Source: Clostridiales bacterium (GTDB lineage: Bacteria > Bacillota > Clostridia > Lachnospirales > Lachnospiraceae). From it: a DNA stretch of 64,000 nucleotides. The position numbers were made by a program, and so were the translations under genes. The notes beneath the pieces were generated by a model. That model was not told where the DNA came from, did not search any database, and was given only the letters and a program-made list of their open reading frames with translations. Of this stretch, positions 10,464 to 20,476 are shown one piece after another. Location of the stretch: positions 24,076 to 88,075 of the forward strand of contig JAJBVD010000052.1 of NCBI GenBank assembly GCA_020859985.1, written 5' to 3'. Each line of letters opens with the position of its first letter. Positions within the stretch are counted from its first letter, which is position 1.

Positions 10464-11612
10464 TCATCCGCAGAGGTGTTTTCGAAGAAATGCTGTGAAT
10501 CGGATTTCTATCAGATACCAGGCAGGATAAGAAATTGCCAGAACCAGAGCAACAGTAAGAAGCGCTCCAGCCGCAGATCTGAACGTGAGTGAAGAAAAAT
10601 CAAACACTTTTCGGTCCATGAACATTACCGGATAATAGTGAATCAAGTATATAGAAAAACTAATATCCCCCAATCTCACACTAAAACGAGGCATTTTGAG
10701 AAAAAGCCCTGCAATAAAAAATGAAAGGACTGTGAGCATGGCAGGCACACCCCATACCAATGGCCTGCGCCAGCCAAGAAGACTGACCCGCGGCGCGGTA
10801 ATGATAAGAAGCAGCAGCAACACGATACCAGTCAGCAGGGCAAAGAAACCGCTTGCTTTATTATAATAAGCAGCACATTTTACTTTAACGTACAAAAATC
10901 TGGCAATATAATAACACAAAATCCCTAATGCAAATTCTAAGACAATCGGGCAGCCACAAAAGAAAAAGGGAGCCAGCCAGGGAGAAACCGATTGGGACGC
11001 CTGTATTGCGTTATGCGCAAAGAATGGCTGCAGTCCGAGCAGACTTTTCCCGGTAATTGTCCTGCCTCCTGAAATTACCGCACCGATCAAAACACTCACA
11101 GATAACAGAGCCGTACAAATCCATCCGCGATAACGCCAGCTGATACGAAGGGACAGAAAAAACAGCAGATAAAAAAAGACTTCGTAGTTAATGGTCCAGC
11201 CCACACGCAGAATCGGCTGCAAAACACCCTCTCCAATATCAAAGGGGACAAATAAGAGGCTTTTAACCAGATACACAAATGAAGGCTGTGTCTCCTGAAA
11301 CATATCCGGAAAGAATTTCAAAAGTATAAATGTAAAAACCGTCATCAAATAGTAAAAAGGAATTACTCTGATCAGACGCTTACGAAGGAAATATTTGTTT
11401 CTGATGCGGGCCGGCAGATTCTTTTTCCCTTGTGTTGTAAGCATGATCATGAAGCCACTGATACAAAAGAAAATGTCTACCCCAAAAGATCCTCTTGCAA
11501 AAAAGCGCATATGATGCATCACTACTAGCAGAGCACAGATTCCTCTGAGAGTCTGAATACTGTCATATCGCATAGAATGAAAATCATCCGGAACTGTTTT
11601 CTTCTGATCCAT
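10464..11612 (-). CDS. Acyltransferase family 3 (OafA-like) membrane protein
   Basis: IQTLRGICALLVVMHH, GVDIFFCISGFIM, WTINYEVFFY, GDISFSIYLIH. Confidence 0.9.
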   Translation of the reverse strand: MDQKKTVPDDFHSMRYDSIQTLRGICALLVVMHHMRFFARGSFGVDIFFCISGFMIMLTTQGKKNLPARIRNKYFLRKRLIRVIPFYYLMTVFTFILLKFFPDMFQETQPSFVYLVKSLLFVPFDIGEGVLQPILRVGWTINYEVFFYLLFFLSLRISWRYRGWICTALLSVSVLIGAVISGGRTITGKSLLGLQPFFAHNAIQASQSVSPWLAPFFFCGCPIVLEFALGILCYYIARFLYVKVKCAAYYNKASGFFALLTGIVLLLLLIITAPRVSLLGWRRPLVWGVPAMLTVLSFFIAGLFLKMPRFSVRLGDISFSIYLIHYYPVMFMDRKVFDFSSLTFRSAAGALLTVALVLAISYPAWYLIEIRFTAFLRKHLCG

Positions 11613-11796
11613 ACAGAATACCTCGTCGATTTATTTGCATCCGGTTCATCATGAATATTTCATCATATGTTTTCATACATACTGCGCAGTATATGTAAAG
11701 TACTGTCCTGAATAATTATGAATATTCATAATCCATTTTGTAACAAAGAGTGAGTATGAGACAAAAACGCCCCATACTCACTGCTGATATTTTAAA

Positions 11797-13728
11797 TTAT
11801 TTCATCGTCACTGTTGGGAACAATCCTGCATCTGTATGCGGCAGAAAACAGCTTGCCACAAATTCGTCCATATAGGTAGGTTCATTGCTAAGTTCGAGAT
11901 AGGTCATATTGTGCGCTACCTCAGATACCTTCGCCTCCGCCTCATTCGACAGCAGGATCGCGTAAGCACCGGACAAAGAAGAATTCCCAATGTAGGTGAA
12001 TTTCTCCATGTCAATATCCGGGAACATGCCGATGGACACGGCATTACGCATATTAATGCCGCTGCCGATTCCGCCTGCCACATAAACATGATCGATCATG
12101 GAAACATCAAAATCCAATGACTGCAGCATCACGCGGATGGCGGAGAAAATAGCCCCCTTCGCACGGATGAAGCTGTCGATGTCAACCTCCGTAATCTCGA
12201 TATCTTTTACAGAAGCGGCATTTTCCTTGTATTCCAGCACAAAGCTGCCCATACCGTACTGGTCATGACGGACACGCTCGCCCTCGCGGATGAACTTACC
12301 CTTCGGGCTGATAATGCCGCAGCGGAACAACTCACTGATCACATCAATGATGCCGGAACCACACAGGCCGACCGGCTTCTGTCCCTCGTCACCGACAATG
12401 GTAAAGGTCGGTTCCATTGTATCCTTATCGATCACACAGGCCTCAATCGCACCGTCCGTCGCACGCATACCGCAGCTGATGTCGCCGCCCTCAAATGCCG
12501 GACCTGCGGAGCAGGCACAACTCATCATAAATTCTGAGTTACCAAAAACCAGCTCGCCGTTCGTACCCAAATCGATAAATAAGGACATCTCCTCTTTGTT
12601 CCAGATCGTGCTGGAAAGCGTACCCGCGGTGATGTCGCCGCCCACGTAGCTGCCGATGTTCGGGGAAATGATCACACGGGCATGTTCGTAAAGATGAAGC
12701 CCCAGGTCCCGCGCAAATACGGAATCCGTCTCAAAAAAGGTCGGGATAAACGGCTCCATACGAACCGGATCCGCATCCACGCCGAGCAGCAGATGGTTCA
12801 TTGTCGTATTTCCGGCAATGCTCGCGCGATAGACCTGACGCGGCGAAATGCCGATTGAACCACACATCTGATGGATCATCGGGTTGAGCGTCTCTTTGAT
12901 GATGGCGTCCTGCAGTTTTTTACGGCCGCCATTCTTCTGCTGTTCGATAATCCTATTGATCACATCCGCTCCGTAACGGATCTGACCGTTTCCGGAAGAA
13001 CCTTTCGCAAGAATTTCTCCGGTGATCATATCAATAATCAATGCCGATACGGTTGTCGTTCCGATGTCAACTGCAAGACCGCATACCTTCACGTCGTCAG
13101 CGGCCGGATAGATATCCAGTACTTCGACCTTGTCTGCCTGCGCCTTTCGAATGACGCATTTTACCGCAAAAGAAGCGTTTCTAAGTGTTTCCGCCAGCTT
13201 TTTGAGCACAACAAAAGTCAGCTTCACCTTTGAAACACCACTGGCAGCTTCGACGGCCCAGATCAGGCGTTCGTTATCCGGCATAGTATCATCCAGAGAC
13301 GGCTCGTCCATCTGTACAGTAACAACCTCGAAATCGTTGTGGAAGGCAATTCCGGCTTCGACCATATCCGCCTTGGTTTTTTCAAAAATCTGTATTTCTT
13401 CTGCCGAACTTAAGTCCGCCACCTTCATCCGGCTGCGATATGCGGAAGCGATATCCGGTACAAGCACCTCCACATCCGCATTGATCTTGCTCACACAGGC
13501 TAACCTCCACCCCTGCGCGAACTCCTCATCGGAGATATGGCTGGTCTTCTTCGTGTCCAGATCACCTCCGACAAGCTTTACTTTACATTTTCCGCAAGCT
13601 GCATTTCCATTACACGGCGCATCGATCGCGACATTCATCTTTTTTGCCACATCCAGAAGGCTTTCTCCTTCCAATGCGTAACCTACTGTCTCGCTGCCGT
13701 TCTCAAATTGAAAAGTCACCTTAAACAT
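11797..13728 (-). CDS. acsV: Corrinoid activation/regeneration protein AcsV (RACo, 2Fe-2S + ASKHA)
   Basis: N-terminal CNGNAACGKC...RLAC; VDIGTTT, DLGTNGE, CSAGPAFEG. Confidence 0.93.
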   Translation of the reverse strand: MFKVTFQFENGSETVGYALEGESLLDVAKKMNVAIDAPCNGNAACGKCKVKLVGGDLDTKKTSHISDEEFAQGWRLACVSKINADVEVLVPDIASAYRSRMKVADLSSAEEIQIFEKTKADMVEAGIAFHNDFEVVTVQMDEPSLDDTMPDNERLIWAVEAASGVSKVKLTFVVLKKLAETLRNASFAVKCVIRKAQADKVEVLDIYPAADDVKVCGLAVDIGTTTVSALIIDMITGEILAKGSSGNGQIRYGADVINRIIEQQKNGGRKKLQDAIIKETLNPMIHQMCGSIGISPRQVYRASIAGNTTMNHLLLGVDADPVRMEPFIPTFFETDSVFARDLGLHLYEHARVIISPNIGSYVGGDITAGTLSSTIWNKEEMSLFIDLGTNGELVFGNSEFMMSCACSAGPAFEGGDISCGMRATDGAIEACVIDKDTMEPTFTIVGDEGQKPVGLCGSGIIDVISELFRCGIISPKGKFIREGERVRHDQYGMGSFVLEYKENAASVKDIEITEVDIDSFIRAKGAIFSAIRVMLQSLDFDVSMIDHVYVAGGIGSGINMRNAVSIGMFPDIDMEKFTYIGNSSLSGAYAILLSNEAEAKVSEVAHNMTYLELSNEPTYMDEFVASCFLPHTDAGLFPTVTMK

Positions 13729-13958
13729 AGTTTTTCTCTCCATAAATGTTCTTTTTTTACCTAATGGCAGGTACATAATTGAAAATGCAAGCTATAGAAA
13801 GCGTCAAAAAATTTTGTCGTTTCCTATACATATATACCCGGAGCAGCATACAAACAGTGTAAAAAACTGTCGTATACTCCCCGGGTATATGAAAGAAATT
13901 CATTATCTTATCCGCAAAAGCGAATTACCGAGAATTACCGATGTAAACCAGAGAATCA

Positions 13959-14744
13959 TCAAATCTCCAGATAGGAATCCGCATACAGCGTATTGCTCTT
14001 GAACACGTCGCAGGACTTGATGGTCTCCATCAGGCGCAGGTCGTTCGGGTTTACGATTGCAGAGGTAAGGCCCTGCATCATAGCCATTGCTACCAGAGCA
14101 GAGTCCATGATCGGACGGATGTGCTTCGGCATACCGTTGGAGTTATTGGAAAGTCCGCCTGTGGAGTTCAGACCCATATCGGAGAGCATCTTGATGAATT
14201 CAAGGATCTCCATCTGCTTGTCCTGCATACCCTTTACAACAAGGAACAGCGGGTCAAACCACATGTCGGTCGGCTCCATGCCTTGCTCCATGCCTCTCTC
14301 CAGAAGCATCTGGCAGTAGCCCATACGCTCGTCATTGTCTTTTGCGATACCTTCGCCGTTGCAAAGCGCAATAACGATAGCGTCATTGGCTGCAGCAAGG
14401 TCGATGTTCTCAATTCTTCCGGAAGCATCCGCAGAGTTTACAATCGGCTTTCCCTTGGAGCGGTTGTAAACAGAGATACCTGCCTCGATTGCCTTCTTGT
14501 TGGAGGTATCCAGTGCAAGCGGAACATTGTCGAAATTGCTCTGAAGAAGCTGAACCGCCCACTTCATCAGATCCTCTCCGTCTGCCTCTGCAGGTCCGAT
14601 GTTTACATCAAGGTAAACGGCACCGGCATCCAGCTGCTGTTTTGCTCTTTTCAGGATCGGCTCCGGGTCTCTCTCGGTAAACGCTTTGTTAACTGCCGGA
14701 GCAGTGGTGGAAAGTCTCTCACCAATCGTTACAAATTTTGCCAT
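13959..14744 (-). CDS. acsE: Methyltetrahydrofolate:corrinoid/FeS protein methyltransferase
   Basis: IGERLS, LDVNIGP, IVNSAD, WFDPL, GGLSNNSNG; acs cluster context. Confidence 0.95.
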   Translation of the reverse strand: MAKFVTIGERLSTTAPAVNKAFTERDPEPILKRAKQQLDAGAVYLDVNIGPAEADGEDLMKWAVQLLQSNFDNVPLALDTSNKKAIEAGISVYNRSKGKPIVNSADASGRIENIDLAAANDAIVIALCNGEGIAKDNDERMGYCQMLLERGMEQGMEPTDMWFDPLFLVVKGMQDKQMEILEFIKMLSDMGLNSTGGLSNNSNGMPKHIRPIMDSALVAMAMMQGLTSAIVNPNDLRLMETIKSCDVFKSNTLYADSYLEI

Positions 14745-14899
14745 GATGGTTCTCCTTATTTGATTATGTATGCCGCCTGACCACAGGATATATGTTTGTA
14801 CTACGTTCACAGCATATGTGAAGATCTGTACCAAATCGTCATGATAAAATTACATATATTTCCTGTGATCGGCCAGCAGAATAAAAGGTTACAAATAGA

Positions 14900-16243
14900 T
14901 TACAGTTCTTTCATAAACTTCACAAGCTGTACAGCCTCTCTCGGCGCAATAATAATTTCCCATCCCGGAAGCTTCGCCTCCAGCTCGCCCTTCAGCACGG
15001 CCACCTTGCCCGGAATGATCAGCTTTCTGGATTTTACCTTGCCCTCGATGTCCTGCTCAGCAAAGAACTTCGCGATCGTTCCCGCTGAGAACTTGCCTGC
15101 TGCCCAGCTGGTCAGTACGGAAAGTCCGCCTGCATCGTTGATGATGAGGTTGCACGGCACACCGGAGCGCTCCAGCTCGCCGGATACCAGGAAGTAGGTC
15201 AGAGCGAAGTCTACCGTCGTCAGGCAGACGGAATTCTCGTCCGCGCCGTTCAGCGGATAGATGCCCGGCTCTACCTTCATAGGCTTCTGCGGGTCGGTAA
15301 ACAGGTTCTGTCTCAGACCGTATACCGGGTTTGCTTCCGCATAGGTCATCTGATCCAGTACGATGATGGAACCGTACTTCATCGTGAACAGAGAAAGCAG
15401 AGCTGCCTGCAGATGCTTGTCTCCGCCGCTCAGACGGTCAAGACGTACGATGGACGGATAACCACAGGTACGGTCGCTGTCCTTGATGGCCGCTTTACGG
15501 AACTGTACCGCGATCTGATAAGCTTCCTTCACGGAATTTACGCCGCAGTCAAAGATCAGATTCTTATTGCCAAGCTTCTCAAGGGCTGCCAGTGTGTCAT
15601 ACAGCTCATTGATGTCCGCGCCCTGCACGCCAAGCGTTACGCCGGCATCAGTCGCGACTTTGTTCATTGCTTCATAGTTGGAAGCATTCGCGCCGTTCAG
15701 CACCGGTTTTTTGTCCTTTACAAGGGCAACAGCCTCTGCCGCTACTTCCGGATCGTCGCAGCCAAGGATCAGCACACGGTCAAGCTCAGCAGCTTTCTTA
15801 ACAACTTCCAGATATTTGTCTTTTCCTGCATTCGGAGCATAGTTTACATATACCATCTCCGTGAACATACGCTCGCCGATACGCTCATAATCAACGGACT
15901 TGATCTCCTCAAGCTTTGCGTCGATTGCAGCGTCATCCATGCAGCTGCATACGGTAACTGCATAGCGTGTTCTGCTGACAAAGGTTTTCTCATGACGGAA
16001 CAGAACCGTTTCGCCGCCGAGGGTATACTCGTTATCGCCGGCACCAACCTTGATGGTCTTCATTGGCGGCGCAGTCGCCTCATTCAGGGAAGCCTTTGCT
16101 TCCTCAGAGAAATACGGACAAGCGTCAATGGATGCGGAACCCTGAGCAACCTTCATGGAGAATGCCATACAGGTCGGGCTGCCGCACTCCTTGCAGTTTT
16201 TCTTCGGTGATAATTTAAAAATATCCAAGCCTTTTAATGCCAT
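14900..16243 (-). CDS. acsC: Corrinoid iron-sulfur protein large subunit
   Basis: NCKECGSPTCMAF...CPY cluster motif, TDPQKP, TVDFALTYF, SVLTSWAAGKF. Confidence 0.97.
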   Translation of the reverse strand: MALKGLDIFKLSPKKNCKECGSPTCMAFSMKVAQGSASIDACPYFSEEAKASLNEATAPPMKTIKVGAGDNEYTLGGETVLFRHEKTFVSRTRYAVTVCSCMDDAAIDAKLEEIKSVDYERIGERMFTEMVYVNYAPNAGKDKYLEVVKKAAELDRVLILGCDDPEVAAEAVALVKDKKPVLNGANASNYEAMNKVATDAGVTLGVQGADINELYDTLAALEKLGNKNLIFDCGVNSVKEAYQIAVQFRKAAIKDSDRTCGYPSIVRLDRLSGGDKHLQAALLSLFTMKYGSIIVLDQMTYAEANPVYGLRQNLFTDPQKPMKVEPGIYPLNGADENSVCLTTVDFALTYFLVSGELERSGVPCNLIINDAGGLSVLTSWAAGKFSAGTIAKFFAEQDIEGKVKSRKLIIPGKVAVLKGELEAKLPGWEIIIAPREAVQLVKFMKEL

Positions 16244-16274
16244 TTTATTTTCCTCCTTACGCTTCTGGCAGAAA

Positions 16275-17216
16275 TTACATCAGTTCTGAAATCATGGTTT
16301 TGATGGCTCTGACAGATTCCGGATGTTTCAGAATCACAGCGTCCGAACCGGCAGCGAGAACTGCAGCAGCAGTCTCCACTTCCATATCAATACCACGCTC
16401 CTCGAGGTTGCCCCATTCAGGCATATCTGCCTCGGAAGCAGTAGACTCTTTTACAGTCCATGTTTCAGATGCGACAGGAGTAATGATCGGCATCTGCAGT
16501 GTCGCATCACCCTGCGACAGAGCAGCCGCTTTTACACGGTCAAGGGTCGATATCACATAGTCGAAACCATATCCGACTGCTGCGGTACCGGCATTCATTA
16601 CGATTGTCTTGCTGTCAACGCCAAGCTGTGTAAGAAGTACGTTCAGCTGCTTAGCAAGGTTGATATCTACAGCGGACTCCGCGCCTACGACCTGTTTGTA
16701 AGCCAGGCCTGCAGAAGCACCGATCGTCTTGTAGTTCTCTTCCTTCGCTGCAAGGATCATGGCATTTTTGCCATCCAGTGCAGCAGCAGCCTTGTCGAGA
16801 AGCTCAGCGTCCTTTTCTACATTCTTGCAGCCGCAAACAACAAGCGGAACATCAACAGCGTCAGCAACATCCTTAACGATCTGAATCAGTTCCTCTGTAG
16901 ATTTGTTTTTTCCGTTCGGATCTCCGCCTTCAAGACGGAGGCTTAAAAAGTCAACGCCCTCAAATGTAACGGCTTTCTTTGCCATGTCAACAACCGACGC
17001 GCAGCCCTCATAGAGCTTCTGTACGCACTCCGGCTCGCTCTCCATACCGCCGTCCGTGATCTCGATACCTACCTTCGGCGCATTCTCTACCGCGTCGTCA
17101 AACGTGTAGAACGGGAAAACATTCTCCCCGCCAAGCTTGATCGCCTTATCGCCGGTACCGACTTCAACGGTATTGATCTTCGCGTTAAACTTTCCTGATT
17201 TTGCAGTAAACGGCAT
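16275..17216 (-). CDS. acsD: Corrinoid iron-sulfur protein small subunit
   Basis: KLGGENVFPFY, ESAVDINLAKQLN, GYGFDY, ILKHP. Confidence 0.97.
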   Translation of the reverse strand: MPFTAKSGKFNAKINTVEVGTGDKAIKLGGENVFPFYTFDDAVENAPKVGIEITDGGMESEPECVQKLYEGCASVVDMAKKAVTFEGVDFLSLRLEGGDPNGKNKSTEELIQIVKDVADAVDVPLVVCGCKNVEKDAELLDKAAAALDGKNAMILAAKEENYKTIGASAGLAYKQVVGAESAVDINLAKQLNVLLTQLGVDSKTIVMNAGTAAVGYGFDYVISTLDRVKAAALSQGDATLQMPIITPVASETWTVKESTASEADMPEWGNLEERGIDMEVETAAAVLAAGSDAVILKHPESVRAIKTMISELM

Positions 17217-17261
17217 TTCCTTTTTCCTCCTTGTGGTGGTGCTGAAATTGAAAAATAAGAC

Positions 17262-17417
17262 TCGAAAAAATGCTGCGCATTTTTCCTCGTTAAAGAATCA
17301 ATGCTGCCCTTGTGCCCAGCCACATAAATGTGCCTGTGCACTACGGACATTATACGGGAATTTCGCCGTAAGGCGAAATTCCCTGAAATGCGGCTGCGCC
17401 GCATTTCTGATTCTTTA
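17262..17417. repeat. Structured intergenic cassette between acsB and acsD
   Basis: 10-bp inverted repeat taaagaatca (17291-17300)/tgattcttta (17408-17417) enclosing gggaatttcgcc-gtaa-ggcgaaattccc and gaaatgcggc-tgc-gccgcatttc; an adjacent aaaaatgc-tgc-gcattttt hairpin lies just outside. Confidence 0.75.
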
Positions 17418-19541
17418 CATCATTGGCTCCATGCCGAGTGCCGGATGGCCTTTCTCGGTCAGGAACTCAAGCAATGCTTCCGGATCATCGCTAACTACGG
17501 TCTCGTCCGCAATCATATCCGTAAAGTTATCGATCCCATAAAGCTCTTTTGCCGTCTCATTCAGGCGTTCCGCAACCTGATCTTTGAGATCCTTCGGCAT
17601 CCAGACGATACGTGCGATTCCGCCCTCTGCCTTCATGAACTTCTTCGAGGAGATGAAGTGCTTGCCATGTCCCATAAAGCCCGGGGTCTGAACACCACCG
17701 CCGGTCATGGATGCCAGCTCGGAGAATGTCATGCCGATCGGAGTCATACCCGCGTACTCACGGTTCGCGATGCAGACACCGTTGGAAAGAGGCTCGATGC
17801 CGCAGATGCACTCGAAGCAGCCGCAGCTCGTCATCGGCTTCTCGATGATGGAGTACAGAGACACATCTTCCAGTGCGCCCTGAGAGAACTTACGAACCGC
17901 CTCATTGACGTCTTCGTACTCACCGATACGCTCATCGATGACTTTCTCTTTAGTGATCACCTGGCACGGTCCCTGCGGATCCAGCTCGTTGGTCGCCTTT
18001 GCATCCAGCCATGACACAGCACCGCAAAGACCAAGACGCTCCGGAGTAACCACGCAGACATGGCTCGGAGAGAATGCCTGGCACATAATGCAGCTATAGT
18101 AAACATCCACGCCCTCATCAGTCAGAGTCGTCAGACGCTCGTCACGTTTATCAAACATCGGAATCGCCAGCTCATGGCGCAGCTTTGTACACATCTCTGG
18201 ATCGGTGATCACCTTCACCTGGCACTTGTCTACAACTGCCGCGAACTCGCTCTTTACCTTTGCGTAAAGAACCTCGCCGATGTGTTTCGCACGGAAGCCT
18301 GCGTTAAAGGTATCCTTGCTGATACGAATACGGATCATATCACGCTGTCCGGTGTGCATCACACCCTCGATGCAGTTCAGATAGGAATGGAACTTACGCT
18401 CAAACACCGGTTCGAAGTCTGCCTGCATACTCTTGCCGGCAACCTCTACTATGTAACCGATGGAGTGCTTGCTGCCTACCTCAAACTCGTCGATATCCGG
18501 TCCGATCACTTCAATCTTGTGATCCTCAACCTCGGAAGCCTCTTTGTTGTGAACCAGCTCGAAGCAGTCTACACGGGAACCATCAAACTCAACCTGCATA
18601 TCGCCGCGGCGGATGATCTCACCTTCGAATGCAGAAGCAAATGCTACCGGAATGTCGATGTTGGTAATCTTAAGCTTGATATCACGGGCTTCCAGAGAAG
18701 TCGCGTTGAACTTGGAAACATCCTTCTGTACGATCAGACTCTTCGGTACGCGGAAGGTCTCTTCATTCGTGATAACCGGGAAACCAAGAGCAATCGCGCC
18801 GGCACCGGCTGCTACGATTACTTCATTCAGCGGAGCGAATGCGTTCACAAATGCCGGAACACGCTCCATCGTATACTTCATAAGTCCTGCAGCATCACCC
18901 GGTGTGATATTGCCGAAGATCAAAGCCGCTCTTACAGCAACGGACACGACATGGATCACAGCCGTGATGTCCTTGCCAAGCGGGATCACACGTACATTCG
19001 CGCCGGTCTTGTAACCCAGTTCTGTACACTGATCAATAATATCGCCGACCAGAGTCACCAGAATACCCTGCGCCTGATAGCTCTTTACCAGAGCAACGCC
19101 TTCCTCAGCAGTCGGAGCAGCACCGATGATAACCGCAACGCCCGGGATATCGCCGGTAACAAGCGGTACACCCAGCTCACGGATCACTGCATCCGCAAGA
19201 TGACCATAACACGGCTCCTCATAAGGAGTCGGATTGTCAATATACTTCAGCACTTCAATAAATTCCGCGCAAAGTGCAGTCGCGATACCGGACATGAACG
19301 CATCGTTCATTCTCGGATTTCTGGTCATCAGAGTCTTTACAACGCCAAGAGCCTCTTTGAGTTCTCCCAGATTGCCGACCTTAGTACCGGTTACACCGTA
19401 ATAACACGGAATGCTGTAAGCGGTATCCGGAAATGCTACCGGCTTATCTGCGCCATACTTCGCGATCGCGTCGTTAATCGCATTTTCCGTAAGACCATAT
19501 ACTGCGTCATTTCCTTTAAAAATAACATCAAATAAAGTCAC
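17415..19541 (-). CDS. acsB: Acetyl-CoA synthase (ACS), A-cluster subunit
   Basis: FPDTAY, CIMCQAFSPSHVCVVTPERLGLCG, TSCGCFEC: A-cluster ligands intact; GTG start after AGGAGG. Confidence 0.98.
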   Translation of the reverse strand: MTLFDVIFKGNDAVYGLTENAINDAIAKYGADKPVAFPDTAYSIPCYYGVTGTKVGNLGELKEALGVVKTLMTRNPRMNDAFMSGIATALCAEFIEVLKYIDNPTPYEEPCYGHLADAVIRELGVPLVTGDIPGVAVIIGAAPTAEEGVALVKSYQAQGILVTLVGDIIDQCTELGYKTGANVRVIPLGKDITAVIHVVSVAVRAALIFGNITPGDAAGLMKYTMERVPAFVNAFAPLNEVIVAAGAGAIALGFPVITNEETFRVPKSLIVQKDVSKFNATSLEARDIKLKITNIDIPVAFASAFEGEIIRRGDMQVEFDGSRVDCFELVHNKEASEVEDHKIEVIGPDIDEFEVGSKHSIGYIVEVAGKSMQADFEPVFERKFHSYLNCIEGVMHTGQRDMIRIRISKDTFNAGFRAKHIGEVLYAKVKSEFAAVVDKCQVKVITDPEMCTKLRHELAIPMFDKRDERLTTLTDEGVDVYYSCIMCQAFSPSHVCVVTPERLGLCGAVSWLDAKATNELDPQGPCQVITKEKVIDERIGEYEDVNEAVRKFSQGALEDVSLYSIIEKPMTSCGCFECICGIEPLSNGVCIANREYAGMTPIGMTFSELASMTGGGVQTPGFMGHGKHFISSKKFMKAEGGIARIVWMPKDLKDQVAERLNETAKELYGIDNFTDMIADETVVSDDPEALLEFLTEKGHPALGMEPMM

Positions 19542-19576
19542 TTTACTACCTCCTAAAATAATATGCCATAGATTCG

Positions 19577-20269
19577 TCAGATTTCAATCGCCTGACGCTT
19601 TTTCTCGATGTCTGCGATCAGCGCGTCCGCAAGCTCATCAAGATCAGCAGATACAGTATGCTTTGCCTCTGCCCCATCCTTCAGACCGCTGGCCGCGATC
19701 ACATCCTCGAGTGCGCCCTCATAAGGCATGATACCGATAAATGTATCTACCCCAAGACCGACAAACGTATTGCCAAGCTCGACGGCCTGTGCTGTCACGC
19801 CAGCAGCATCACAGCCCACGACCGGAAGCTGCGGTACGGTAAGTCCCGAATCCGCCGAAAGTGCCTGAGCAATCGTTACGACATTGCCAGTGTTTTCCAG
19901 TCCGCCAAGCGGCAGCACCGGAGGAATCTCCGCCAATTCACAGACACGCTTCAGTCCCGCTCCGCACAGATCCTTCGCTTCCGGATTCAGAAGCCCCGCA
20001 TCAGCAGCTACCGTAACCGGGTAACCAATCGCGAGTACAACGATATCATTCGCGATCAGCTTTTTAATCAGAGCCGTATACTCTTCTTTATCCCGTACAT
20101 CTGAACCATCTGTGCCAAGCAAAACTGCCGCGCCGCGAAGAACGCCGGACACAACACAGTCCAGCAGCGGCTTTGTGGATCCGGTCGAATCCACCTTCGA
20201 ATTACATACGCCATCCAGCGCCTGGATGATGTCCGCTACTTCAAGCTTCGGTAATGCAGAATCACTCAT
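19577..20269 (-). CDS. Stand-alone paralogue of the CODH C-terminal domain lacking C-cluster ligands (function unknown)
   Basis: Gapless manual alignment to CooS C-terminus, 86/174 identical, e.g. AKDLCGAGLKRVCELA(D/E)IPPVL; intact ORF with SD. Confidence 0.9.
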   Translation of the reverse strand: MSDSALPKLEVADIIQALDGVCNSKVDSTGSTKPLLDCVVSGVLRGAAVLLGTDGSDVRDKEEYTALIKKLIANDIVVLAIGYPVTVAADAGLLNPEAKDLCGAGLKRVCELAEIPPVLPLGGLENTGNVVTIAQALSADSGLTVPQLPVVGCDAAGVTAQAVELGNTFVGLGVDTFIGIMPYEGALEDVIAASGLKDGAEAKHTVSADLDELADALIADIEKKRQAIEI

Positions 20270-20375
20270 TTCATTCGCCTCTTTTCTTTTTTGTTGAGTA
20301 TCATTAACAGGGAACGATCACAGTTCGCAGGAAAAAACATATGCACGTCCGGTTCCCTGCAGGTCGTTACTTATA

Positions 20376-20404
20376 TTTATACCAACAGATTGCATTTTTT
20401 GCAA
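20376..20404 (-). promoter_or_regulatory. SigA-type promoter upstream of the CODH-domain gene and acsB
   Basis: TTGCAA-17 nt-TATAAA with TG extension. Confidence 0.65.
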
Positions 20405-20476
20405 CTGAAATTAATACATTCTGCACATTTTTTGGTTAAACAGTTCTGAACAGCATCGAAATGAAAAGACAGACTA

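Noticed and set aside
18060-19535. 491-aa plus-strand ORF
   Set aside because: Antisense shadow of acsB, explained by codon bias of a highly expressed gene
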